Shown: piece by piece, positions 25,101-36,299 of the stretch
How the letters are laid out: every line of letters starts with the position of its first letter
Position numbering within the stretch: position 1 is the first letter of the stretch
NCBI RefSeq assembly: GCF_964355755.1
Contig: NC_092677.1
Location: forward strand, 10,996,101 to 11,060,100
Direction of reading: 5' to 3'
DNA length: 64,000 bases
Source of the DNA: Antedon mediterranea
Taxonomy: Eukaryota > Animalia > Echinodermata
Made by a program: the position numbers and the translations under genes
The notes under the pieces: generated by a model
Database searches by the model: none
Told to the model about the DNA's origin: nothing
What the model saw: the letters and a program-made list of their open reading frames with translations, nothing else

Positions 25101-27244
25101 AGTGTTTGTAATTCTGAAATTCCAGTGTAAAGGAGACATTCTAGTGTGACTCTTCTAATACATATAGTATAATCTATAATCTCAGTGCCTAACACCTGAA
25201 ATATTAACCTGAGTGTTTTCATTTTATAGTATACAATATGTATATTTTTGTCTATTTTTCAATTTCTAAAGAGCAGGGATTAGCTAACCCACCTCCACCT
25301 TGTTTCCGTTATTTTATTAATTCACATGTTATTTTGAAAGTTAGTTCTTAACACAATATTATCAGTGATTGTGAAATGCCAGTGCAAGCTACTATTCATT
25401 TTTCTTTTGTAAACAGTGGTAGACGAGGCAGTAAAAATGTAATTGTAATGTACAGTATGTTACAGTATAAATTCCATAAAATACTGCTGTGTAGTTTAAG
25501 TACCAAATTGAAATAGGTCACATAACCAATGACTTGTAATGGAACGCCTTTCAACACACTTGCACAATTGATCCTGCACAATAGTTAAGTGTATTGATTT
25601 TCATTGGGAGGGCTGCAATAAATGTTTTTATACTCAAAGTGCCAGTCCAACTTAAATTTATAGTTTTAAAATTAGAATTTTACAATGTTAATTGTTATGT
25701 AACAAATTGGGATTTTATCAATTATATTTGAAGCATCTTTGCCTCATCTGTTTTTAACCTCTCTCTACTGCCTTGTTTGCAACCAAGCAGAACATTCCAA
25801 ATTTGAATCTTGGTTTGGATACATAGGCTTTTTCTCATTCTTACAGTATCCTTATCTTCATTGTATAATAATTTTGAGTCATTCACTAGACTAGTCAGTT
25901 CTAATAACTATGATAAATTTCACATTTTTATTTTAAATTATTATTTTAAATATATTTACATAGATAACTTGAAGTTAAATAATGGCGTTTTTTTGTTCAA
26001 CTATTATATTTTATTTGTTTAGGGGTCCGATTGAGTTTTTTTAAATTCTAACACAGATCCTAACCAAAACAAAAATAAGAACAAATAAAAGAAACAAAAT
26101 TGTTAATGTTATGTTAAAATATTCTATTAAACTTGTTTATTTTCTTTTTTGGTTGAATAAATATTATGAAAACCAAAAATGCATACTGACCTTTTAGAGT
26201 ATATGGAGATTTGGCCACATGTTTCTCACCAATTTTAACATCAACTTGCATATTTTGATAACTTTCAAACATTCGATATCGTACAAGGAATGACCCATCA
26301 TGTCTGTCGAGCACCTGTAACCAAATACGCCCTCTTCGGTCTTTGGGACCAACTTTTACTGTATACGTATTTTCTCCAGGTGAATCAGTAAAACTTAAAA
26401 AGATTTTTATTAAACAAAAAATTACTACTACTACTGTATCTCCAGTAAGAAGTTATTCTTGTTCTTTCTTTGGATGAAACATGGAAATTGGAAGGCAGTG
26501 ATAGATCTGTCCCAGTAATAACTTAAACTATCTTTTGGACTGTATTTTAAAAAAATGTAGAGGGGCTGGGTGTTTCTGCCACCACTTTAATAATATATAG
26601 ATCTGCCTGTCTACCGAGTGGCATGCTTTTACACAAGTTGACATAAATATACAACTAAACTTACAAATAAAGAGACAAAAAGTAAAGGCAATGTAAGGAT
26701 TTATAATTAATTGTATTGTCCCCCCAAATCATGAAATTAAATTAATAAAATCAGACGTTGAATAGCTCACGTTTTAATTTAACAAAGTAAATAACTTCCG
26801 TAGGAAAAAAAACACAAAAATAATGTTTTCACTTATATTATAAAATGACAAAATAAACATTTAAATTCAACCAAACACACATTAGCTGGCAGCCAATTTG
26901 ACTATTTTTTGTTTTAAAATACAGTGAATAACTATTATGTGACATTAAAATGGCTTATTATAAAAAAATTGAACAAATTATTTTTTCAGGGGGACATTAC
27001 ATTTTAAAATATTTATGAACACTTACTTTTGACCATTTAAATCCACCGCTTGTATAAAGAAATATCGCGCAGGTACAGTAAAATCTGCCTTTAATCCTGG
27101 CCCCCATACAATAGTTTGTTTCGGACAAACAACTCTTTTCTGTTTGTCTTTTACCGATTCTGTTAATGTCACAAGACTGAAAAACATAACACTTGCAAAC
27201 ACTGTCTGAATAAACATTTGTAAACTTGGAATCCTCTGCATCAT
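10186..27244 (-). CDS. POGLUT2: Protein O-glucosyltransferase 2/3 (KDELC1/2-like), 10 coding exons, about 512 aa
   Basis: Exons 27027-27244, 26191-26393, 24585-24793, 24113-24190, 19485-19657, 18652-18889, 14534-14743, 12597-12686, 11620-11721, 10186-10203; all GT-AG with consistent phases (1539 nt). Signal-peptide-like start, filamin-type domain (WGPGL...[22 protein letters not shown]), CAP10/GT90 motifs ([41 protein letters not shown]), C-terminal RDEL. POGLUT2 versus POGLUT3 orthology cannot be resolved here. Confidence 0.93.
10261..10838. repeat. 20-bp minisatellite (AATGCAACTGATCGCAATTG), about 29 copies
   Basis: Near-perfect tandem array in the last POGLUT intron; the few variants are near the right end. 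Confidence 0.97.
10985..11212 (-). mobile_element. tRNA-derived SINE, degenerate
   Basis: Minus strand begins GGAGCGTGAGTGGCCAAGCGGTTAA (A-box-like) and shares GTTCTGGTGGTAGAAC...TCTTCT..GATAAGGACTA with 58578-58690; related pieces at about 16900-17080 and 33340-33500. Confidence 0.6.
11887..12045. mobile_element. Harbinger-like palindromic MITE (AGCTCTGTCTACAC family)
   Basis: TIR AGCTCTGTTTACAC...GTGTAGACAGAGCT with internal CACTACCATATTTGG repeats. Confidence 0.75.
18395..18539 (-). mobile_element. tRNA-derived SINE head with duplicated B-box segment
   Basis: Minus strand GGAGCTCTGGCTTGGTGATTAATGTGCTTACCTTCCAATCCTAAGGTCCAGGGTTCAATTCTGACCTAGTGCTAGGGTTCAATCCTGACCTAGTGCCAGGG: A-box-like motif plus two B-box-like GGTTCAAT(T/C)C motifs. 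Confidence 0.65.
18923..19073. mobile_element. Harbinger-like palindromic MITE (AGCTCTGTCTACAC family), clearest copy
   Basis: TIRs AGCTCTGTCTACACTATCAAA / TTTGATAGTGTAGACAGAGCT with TAA target duplication. Other full or partial copies at about 12276-12405, 17455-17533, 23484-23667, 24230-24374, 34793, 35236-35365, 39789-39918, 40560-40740, 57040-57203, 61088-61230, 61970-62035 and 63215-63371. Confidence 0.85.
19762..20427. repeat. Approximately 165-bp tandem repeat, 4 copies, POGLUT intron 4
   Basis: AAATAGAAC(G/A)TATAC...TGTGAAATAAATCTCCCAGGTGTGTTATAATTGACCCAT recurs at 19787, 19948, 20113 and 20278. Confidence 0.9.
22679..23399 (+). mobile_element. Internally deleted PIF/Harbinger-like DNA transposon
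   Basis: Imperfect TIRs GGTCGTGTTCGTAC...AAAATA / TATTTTCAACCCCTACGAACAGGCCC, TAA target duplication, CpG-rich interior with a short ORF at 22914-23213. Confidence 0.65.
23800..23960 (+). mobile_element. RTE-like LINE 3' end remnant
   Basis: GAGACCTTCATCCAGCAGTGGA...GGCTGATGATGA resembles the RTE-clade 3' terminus. Confidence 0.4.
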
Positions 27245-28634
27245 GAATGAGGTTGTTGTTGAGTGAGAACACAAAAATGTAAACAAATAAATTTAAAGAC
27301 GATAGTCGACGACGGTGTTTGATATCTCGTTATCAAACATTTAAAGAAAAATATCCTAGGGGGCTAGTATTAAATACCGAAAGAGAAAAACAAATTATTA
27401 CTTCTCTATCTAAGTAATGAACAAAAAATGTGACATTCGATTCATCGCCTGCTGACTTTGGACCCTTGATTGGTGTCTCACGATTGAGAGATTTCCGCCT
27501 CCGCACACTCTACGACTTTGTCCGGTCCATCCTCCGATAAGTAGCGCGAGCCAGCCTGACACACACCAACCACACACAGCAAGCAGAGTAGTAGAGGTCA
27601 CGCACGATGACAGCAATTACGATTTGTAAACATGATGACGGAACTTCAAATTCACCGCTGAAGTTTACATACAGTAAACAAGGATTGACAGCTAACTTTA
27701 CAACTATATTATTAATTCACAATGGGCTTGTAATACAAATAAATCATCAGAGCGTGAAAGTTAAAAGGATGGTTGATGTTTAGTAGGTCGAATCACCACC
27801 AAGGTCAGTTTATTTCCGCTGTCATATTCCACACAATAGAGGGCGCAATACAAGGAAAATTCCTTTTTTGGTTATAAGAACGAACAAAATAAAGATAATA
27901 CTGTATATCATTATCTTATCCTACTAATTAACATAAAAGTATTCATTTTTTTTCAAATTTTCGTTATCTCAGTATTCATAAATACATTAAATTACTTATT
28001 TAAATGTAGGCCTATATATTCTCAGTTTAAAACAAGATAAACTGTACTTAATTTAATTTATTTGGAAATTATTTCAAACAAAATAAAACATTCTCTGTAA
28101 GAAAAATAGTATCTAGGCCTAGGCCTAAAAGGTTACATGTTTTTTAACAATTTATATTCCAGCTAATCCGTGCTACAATAAAATAGCTAAATAAATCAAT
28201 TTGATGTTGGGAAACATAGTTAAAAAGATGTAGTGCACCCTCTATATCACAATTTATTGTGAGTGAAGAAAGTATCCTCAAAACTACAGTTAAATAACAG
28301 ACATTTTGTTTTCACCTGTTTATTCAAACAACTATTACTAATATTATGTACAAGTAGTTTCAATAGCACATTTGCAAAAAACACTGCTTTATTTAGCTAT
28401 TATTATTTAATGTTATATAAACTGGAGTCATATTTTAAAACAAATGTTCACACATATTTTCCATTAACTCTCTAGTGAATCCAGTAAGTTACCGTATATA
28501 ATTGTTGTTTTGTAAACTACCTCTGTTTTTCAACACTCTACTATTTTCACTGTAATTCCTCAAATGATCTGAACATACTTTGTTAGAGGATTTTTATTAA
28601 GTTCTTATTCAACATTAGTCAGTATTCCTTTAGT

Positions 28635-31178
28635 TTAATGAGGCTTCTGTACAAATCGCAAACCACAATAACCACATGAATGAGGTCCTTCAGGGTCCTG
28701 TAAAAGAAAGAGAAAAATTTGTCTTCAATACAAACATAATCATTCAGATTTAGTATGGGAGTAATTTCCATGTAGTTTACCATGAAGATTTGTATACAAG
28801 TTGCAATTTTTCAAATTATTTTATTTGTATTGTTTTATTCTACACTCAGAAGTTGCAGTGACACCTGTTTTTGGTTCCAGAGCGGTGGCTGGAACCAGCG
28901 GTGCATGCAGGCCCAAACGGTTGACTGCAGGCAGTTCTTACTGTAGGTCGTGTTTTCAGCCCCAAGTAGTCCATGCAGCTCTTGAGTGTTTTCTGCCCCT
29001 GGATAATGCATGCAGCCACTGACCTGGTGTTGCCTACGATTATTGCCTGTCCTGCTGATATGACTTATCCCTTTCAATGCCTGCAGCACCTGATATTTCA
29101 TCTGCCACCCTGACCCAATAAATAGAACCCTTAAGTTGCCTAGTATACTTACCAGGTTAATGAATACTTTAGATGGAACCCTTAAGTTACCTAGTATACT
29201 TACCAGGTTAATGAATACTTTAGATGGAACCCTTAAGTTACCTAGTATACTTACCAGGTTAATGAATACTTTAGATGGAACCCTTAAGTTACCTAGTATA
29301 CTTACCAGGTTAATGAATACTTTAGATGGAACACTTAAGTTACCTAGTATACTTACCAGGTTAATGAATACTTTAGATGGAACCCTTAAGTTACCTAGTA
29401 TACTTACCAGGTTAATGAATACTTTAGATGGAACCCTTAAGTTACCTAGTATACTTACCAGGTTAATGAATACTTTAGATGGAACCCTTAAGTTACCTAG
29501 TATACTTACCAGGTTAATGAATACTTTAGGATGCCCTAGTGGTCCTCCACCGCCATTACAGTAAACGTTTCTGCCATCTATCTCAGTCGGTTCAACTTCA
29601 GCTATCATGTCTATTGCAAAATTTTCGTTCACCTATGTATAAAAGAGTCCTTAGCTATTGAAAAGTGATAATTAAAATAAGACAAATAAACTTTAAATAA
29701 ACATATTTAATTTTGTATTTAATATTATATTATTAATTTTAAATAATTAAAAAAAAATGTTAAATGTTATTTTACCATTTTTTCTCTGCCAACAAATCTT
29801 GCTCGTCTAACATCAGATTCTTCAAATGACTGAAAAACGAATGATTTAATAATATTAATAAATTAAATTATTAAAATAATAATTAGGCTCTATATAGGCC
29901 TATGTTTATTGTTTTAACTTTTATTATATAAATTAAAATTAAATTCCTGATCTCCTCACTCAATTAATTAACGATTTTCACATTCGTGTGAGGACCAATC
30001 ACAACAAACAAAGTGGACATCTGTTTTCTAATCCCTCCCCTCCCTAATCCCTCCTCTACTACCTAGGCCTAGGCTAGACTACTCTAGGCCTAACTAGGTT
30101 AGTTAGGCCGAGACTAGCTAGGCCAGACAGAGAGAGTAGTCTAGACCTAGCCGGTTGCAGGTCAAGTCGGCCCCAAACCGTCTCGGCCAAAGTCAAGTCG
30201 GCCCCACGTCAAGTCGGCCCCAAGTCAACTCGGCCTCAAGTCAACTCGGCCTCACGTCAACTCGGCCAAAAACTAATCGGTCAACTCGGCCACAATAAAG
30301 TATGGAACGCAAAAAGTGCTTAATATTATTACGATTCTTACTATCCACGTTTTAAAAAAAATGAAGAAATAAAAAATATAATATCATATAAAAAAATGAA
30401 CTCATTGCCGATATGAATAGATTAGAAGTACCCGCGTGTTACAAAAAACACGTGCAGGTACCGTATTTTAGGAAATCGAAGACGGAGGCCTACGTTCCAC
30501 ATTTACTCCATGGTTCCACCATTTGGCCATAGAAAAAATGATCGTACATCGTTTTTGTGCATGATTTGCGTTTAAAAAAAAGGGGAATCCCCCGGTCAGC
30601 GAAAACACGTAGCAGTTGTAGATATCGAAAAAGCTGGCAAACGCATAGCTACGAAATTTTATTAAACGTAAATAAAGGAAAGTTGGTGAAATCATTCCTA
30701 TTTTTTTTGCTAAATATATTATTGTCTAAATAATAATATTCATTAAAAGTCAGAATTATTCATAGTTAAAAAATTGTGAAGAAATATTATTTTATCAATC
30801 CCCTTTATTTGCACTTTTTGCGTTCCATACTTTAATGGGCCGAGTTGACCGATTATTTTTTGGCCGAGTTGACGTGAGGCCGAGTTGACTTGAGGCCGAG
30901 TTGACTTGCGGCCGAGTTGACTTGGGGCCGACTTGACTTTGGCCGAGACGGTTTAGGGCCGACTTGGATCGAAACCGACCTAGCCCTAGCCTAGGCCTAG
31001 ACTTAAGTTTAAATTCTATATTAAGGTTATTTCATACCTGACCGGTGTGTGTAACTTTTTCTTCAGTAGCATATTGTCTTATACCACAGCTCAGCTTTGG
31101 TAATTGCTGAAAACGAGCAAGATTCCATTCAATTCCTGCTCGCGAAAGTAAAAGATTTGTTCTACGAAGAGCTGCCAT
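28635..31178 (-). CDS. NDUFS6: NADH dehydrogenase [ubiquinone] iron-sulfur protein 6, mitochondrial; 4 exons, 126 aa
   Basis: Exons 31038-31178, 29776-29829, 29510-29632, 28635-28697, all phase 0 and GT-AG. Protein: transit peptide, [52 protein letters not shown] (zf-CHCC). AATAAA at 28593-28598 on the minus strand. Confidence 0.96.
29126..29529 (-). repeat. 51-bp tandem repeat, about 8 copies, spanning the NDUFS6 exon 3 / intron 3 junction
   Basis: Unit CTAAAGTATTCATTAACCTG|GTAAGTATACTAGGTAACTTAAGGGTTCCAT; possible exon ends at 29510, 29459, 29408, 29357, 29306, 29255, 29204 and 29153. Confidence 0.95.
30153..30976. mobile_element. Non-autonomous Mutator-like (foldback-type) element in NDUFS6 intron 1
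   Basis: TIRs of about 170 bp built from GTCAA(C/G)TCGGCC subrepeats, termini GGTT...AACC, 9-bp target duplication GACCTAGCC (30144-30152, 30977-30985). Confidence 0.85.
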
Positions 31179-31660
31179 TTTTAATAGGGGTCAATCAAGG
31201 GTCAAATCATATACAAATCTTATTTTTCGTAGTCAATATAATGTTTAAAATACCAAAACATACATTTGTAATTATAAATTTAATATAAATATCATGTTTT
31301 ATTATTTTAGTTTGGCTCTGCTAATTTATTGGGCAATTCAAAATATCATATTTTGGTCTCATTTTTATTCGACTTTACAACATGTCGTACATTCTGATTT
31401 TTTGATAGCAGACGAAAATTATTTCAAAATTTCGATTACCTATTTTTATATTTAATAATTAGTCTTTTTGTAGGCTCTCTAGTGAAAAGGTAGGTACATG
31501 TCATACCAGAAATGCGCAATTGTGTGGAACTTTTAGTGTGCTTAAAATGAACTATACATAAGCACAAATAGCCTAGGCCTAGGCCCTAGCTAGGCCATGC
31601 AGCAGCTAACACTGGCAGCCCACACTGTGTGGGCCACACACACGACGATGAGCACGAGGT
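31179..31660. promoter_or_regulatory. Putative bidirectional promoter region NDUFS6/MRPL36
   Basis: Lies between divergent genes; YY1-like AAAATGGC overlaps the NDUFS6 ATG; candidate MRPL36 non-coding exon donors AG|GTAGGT (about 31489) and AG|GTATGG (about 31658), with an acceptor TTCCCCCAG at about 32069. Confidence 0.5.
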
Positions 31661-32132
31661 ATGGTGGTGTCTTGATGGATTTGTAGCCGGACAGACAGGC
31701 TTGGAATTAAAATGTCCCAGCAATATATAGAACCATTACATACTTTATCGTTTTTTACACTTAGTAGCCTAGTTGGTCTTGTATTAAGTATAATAATATA
31801 ACAATTAGTTTTTTGAATGAATACAACAATCAACACAGTATTAATTTATTGCCAATAAATGGATAAAATATTACGGTATATTTATTAATTAATATTATTT
31901 ATCAACAAGGCCAACTATGCATGTAAATTAGAATGTGATATACTGTATATAATATATATATTGTTTCCTTGACCGATTCTGCTAATAGAAAACTATTTAA
32001 AATAATAACTTACATGGTTGACCGTGCCGTTAATCACATTTATTTACTCATTTCTATATTTTCCCCCAGAAACGTACATGCAATTGAAAGCAAGAACTTC
32101 ATAAACATAGGATTTACATAACATTTAAAAAA

Positions 32133-32483
32133 ATGTTATCGATTTTCCGAGGATTATCAAGAATGACCGTCTTCCAGCAGACGACAATTGCGCCATCACT
32201 TTCAACGAGAATTCATCGAACATTTTTAACTTTACTAAAACCTATGATTATACAGAATCCAGTCATATCAAACCTACCTTCAAAAAGTTTGCTTGAGACG
32301 AGTTCACCAATGACAGCCCATCAGAGTGTTGCCGCATTTAAAGTAAAATCTGCCTTAAAAAGACGATGTAAAGATTGCTATTTTGTCGTACGGAAAAAAA
32401 GGTTGTATGTGATTTGCAAAACGTATCCTCGTCACAAACAAAGGCAAGGAATTCCGAAGAGAAGATTTGCTAACCCGTGGTAA
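32133..32483 (+). CDS. MRPL36: Mitochondrial ribosomal protein L36 (bL36m), single coding exon, 116 aa
   Basis: C-terminal FKVKSALKRRCKDCYFVVRKKRLYVICKTYPRHKQRQG zinc-ribbon L36 motif after a long S/T/R-rich targeting presequence; AATAAA near 32667. Confidence 0.95.
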   Translation: MLSIFRGLSRMTVFQQTTIAPSLSTRIHRTFLTLLKPMIIQNPVISNLPSKSLLETSSPMTAHQSVAAFKVKSALKRRCKDCYFVVRKKRLYVICKTYPRHKQRQGIPKRRFANPW

Positions 32484-33074
32484 CAACTTATAAACCCTAA
32501 AAGAACTGGAATTTGTTAGAGAGGTTTTTAATAACTTTTTGGACAGAAAGGCAAACTGATACACAACTGGATTGACATCTAGAACTGGGTGTAGAAAAAT
32601 GATAATTTGAGCGAGATTGATTTGGTTAATCCAGAATCAAATTAATATTGTATAAATACTTCAGTAATAAAACCATTATCATACAACTTGTGTTTTTACT
32701 TTGTTTTCTTTAAATAATTTGATACCATGTCAATTAGTGTGAAAGGACCCTCTATGTAATGCATCAGGGACGGGTCAAGCATTGTTAAAAAAAAGTAACA
32801 TAATATTAATGGTCTATCAAAAATAGATAGTTAATATGAAACTACTTTTTATAAACAACAATTTAAACTAAATACAAAACCAGAATAAAGATATACTGTA
32901 GTATGATTTGTGGATTTTTTTGCACAATTTATTTACACACAATTACTTCTAAATCCCTATTGCATTTATGCCTAGTGTGCATAGTATTCCTTAAAAAGCA
33001 CATTACTGTATAATACAAGATAAATAATAACACATTTATTGTCAATAGTTAAATAAGCAGACCTGCTTCTACAT

Positions 33075-33303
33075 TATTACCCCAGTAATAAATTGAATCA
33101 AACGCGTCTGGAAACATACTCCCATAATGTCGCAGCCGTAATCAGGGTAGTTGCGTTTTGACCTATACCAGGTACCTATTTGAACACCTGGGTTGAGAGA
33201 GGCAAACGTAAGTAAATTGTCTTGCCTAAGGATACAAGCAATGTAACTTTGAATTCTAAATCATGATCAGTAGTTCAACGGCCAACACTGCGCCACACGC
33301 CCT
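33075..33303 (-). mobile_element. tRNA-derived SINE, same family as 62456-62750
   Basis: Reverse complement reads GGGCGTGTGGCGCAGTGTTGG...GCTTGTATCCTTAGGCAAGAC...TGCCTCTCTCAACCCAGGTGT. Confidence 0.7.
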
Positions 33304-36299
33304 TACTACTACTACTAATGTATACAGTATATAATGTAAATGTGAAGGAATAACCTGCGACTTGCAGCCTACTGGGCTGAATTGCACACAGGTGTAGACA
33401 ACGTATACGCTCTTTTCTAAGTGTCCTTGTTGAGTGCCAGCAAACGGTGCTCATTCCTCTTCCTCCCTACTGTACCTGATCTGTACACTGGACCTTTAGT
33501 TTTAATTTTTTTGGCCATTTCAGCACTATACCTTGTTGTGCTAATGGCTGTTTGGCATGTACAAATTTGGTCTATTATTACAATAACATTTTTATTTTTG
33601 TATTTAATTTTAATTCAGTCACCATGTAATAACATATACAAATACATACTTTTAAGTAATACATTTTAAAATAAATTGCTTTAAATAAAAATAGAACTAA
33701 AAATCTGTCTCAATTTTTTATAAACCAAATAAAGGCTTTCATATTTATATAATAAAACATTCTTTTAAAGTAAAATCACACATTTTAGCAAATAATACAC
33801 AGTAGACCACCTAGCAAATAAACAACGCTGGAAGACCTGTTTTTTTAATGAGATACTTAATGAACAGTAGACTTGCCCCAAGTCTGTATTATCTTTTTTT
33901 TTTATTTATTTGTTTTTATTTCGACCGCGATTTTTGTCTGAAAATACAAAATCAAGTAGTATACGTATGAAACGCCATATGTGCCAAATTATTTATCTTT
34001 TAACTAATATTAAGACAAAACTCCGTCTGGAACCCAGACTAAATGAACAGAGCACCCACAAGCGTTGGTTTATCTTTTATAATAATTTGTGCATGTTTAC
34101 TATTTAACAAAAACAACACTAACAACATTTGATGTACATACAACACATATATATATATTATAAATTAATAAAAGTATTGAACCTTATACAAACTTGTTAT
34201 ATAATGTTGAAAGATTTATTTATTTCTTATACAGAATAATTTATATGTAATAATGAATAGAGATTATTTTTTTTATTATCATATTACTTGGATTAATTTC
34301 TACCAAATTTGGTATTTACACCAGAGAGTACTATATATCTCCCTAAACCGAGACATTTTAGGGTTAATTGTTATTCAAAACATTGGAATAATCCCAGAAA
34401 GTTTGGCAGTGACAAGAACTCAACAAACTTTACCATAATAAAAAAAAAAAGCATTCCAACAAATTTAACCAATCTTTATATAGTGTCATAATAAATTGTC
34501 CAATCAGAACAGTGAGAAACAAAAGCTCCATGGTCTCGCAAATGTTTTAGGAGAGAAGAAAGAAGTCACCCACCTTTAACAAGCAGGAAAAAAGCATACA
34601 AAATATTACAACTTTATTTAATATTTACAGTGTGTAAGTATGCAATATTGTGCGTAAATATCATTTTAAACAATCATAATTAATGCACATAAATACAATA
34701 TTATATATACATCTTGTATACTATATATAGACAAAACATCTGTGTAGAATGAAACCAATACCTAAAAAAAGAAAAGATAAAATTAATTTTAAGCTCTGTC
34801 TACATCACTGTGTCCATATATGGGCATTTTTTTGTCAATCCTCGATACTGTATCTATAAATTGTCCAGTATCATAGGTAAATTCTCTAAAACAGTATCAC
34901 ATATGTATCACATGTATGTATCAGGCCATAGACAAATCTAGCATTGATATATATGCCACATGTGATACATATGTGACACTGTTTTATAGAATTTGCCTAT
35001 GACACAGGACAATTATGCAATTATGTAGGGATACAGTACACAGAATCGGGTGTAATACAGTATGCAAGATAATGGAGGTTCTTCGGCCCCATAAAATATA
35101 CTGGAAATGAAATAGCAAAAACATCCTACAGTTTGGACTATATAGGAATTTATTAACAGAGAGTCTTATTTTACAACTTCCTGTTATAATGGTATAGGTA
35201 GGAAACTATTCTGGTTTTGAGAGTTTACAGTGTATGTCTACACTATCAAACTTTATGTGATGTGCCCATATATGGACTTGATGATGTCATATCACTACCA
35301 TATTTGGGCACATCACACTTTTTTGTCAAACTAGTTTGATATATAGTGCCAGTGTAGACAGAGCTGTACAAAGTAAATTTGAAGCCATAGATTTAGATGC
35401 TATCCAGGACTAATTACCAGTAGACATCTGCCTCCTTAGCCTTGGGTAAATATTGTCTGTGGGTTTTTCAATTTTGCAGATACAAAACAATTATTAATAA
35501 TTATTTCAACTTATTTATTAAAGAATAAATAAAGGAAATAAAAATCTGAATAGGCCACATTTTTATCAAGCAAATTATTCATGGGTAGTTTATTTTTACT
35601 ATTTGTTTGCTAATAGAGGAAGTGATCTTTGTGGACCATTTCCTAAATTTAATTGAAAAAGCATATCATTTAAAACAAAATGTAATATGGCCGTCCAACA
35701 ATAAAATTTAATACACTGGAATAAAAATTATCTTGGTCAAAATTATCTTATCTTACAATTTTTATGTAAATTGTATAAAGCCGCATGTCTTTCAGGATAA
35801 ATGCACATATGCATATAAAATTATGCCGAGAATTGTTGTTGAAGATGTATTGTCCTCCAAAAACATGAAAATGAAGAATAATTAAAAAAGACTTTGAATA
35901 GGCCCTTTCGCAGTTAATAATTCGTAGAAAAAAAAAAAAAATGATTTCAAGACAAAATAAACGGTTAAATTCAAACAAAAAACCTGACTATTTTTTCTTT
36001 AATTTACAGTTGTTTCAGGTATATAAATTTTTTTTTTTTTCAATCCAATTTTTATGTGACATTAAAATTACATCTTTAAAGGTACATGTACAGTATTATA
36101 AAATGTTAAGTCTACCACATATACTGTATTTGTGACACCTTCTGAGATATAGATTGGATATTCATAATTTGATATGTGGTCTACAGAAGAGGTCAAGGTT
36201 CATGAAAAGCTCTGTGACTGTGAGGCATTTCAACGTATCTGTCCTGAATAAGTTTCCCATTGCTGGAGAGGTTCTGGATAATTTAGAAGTCCCTGATTG

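Noticed and set aside
27410-27660. GC-rich segment upstream of POGLUT as an ncRNA or small ORF
   Set aside because: No diagnostic RNA motifs; most simply promoter or 5' UTR sequence.
28835-29632. 265-aa ORF as an independent gene, and the antisense ORF 29136-29564
   Set aside because: It is NDUFS6 exon 3 plus intronic repeats; treated as a splicing finding instead.
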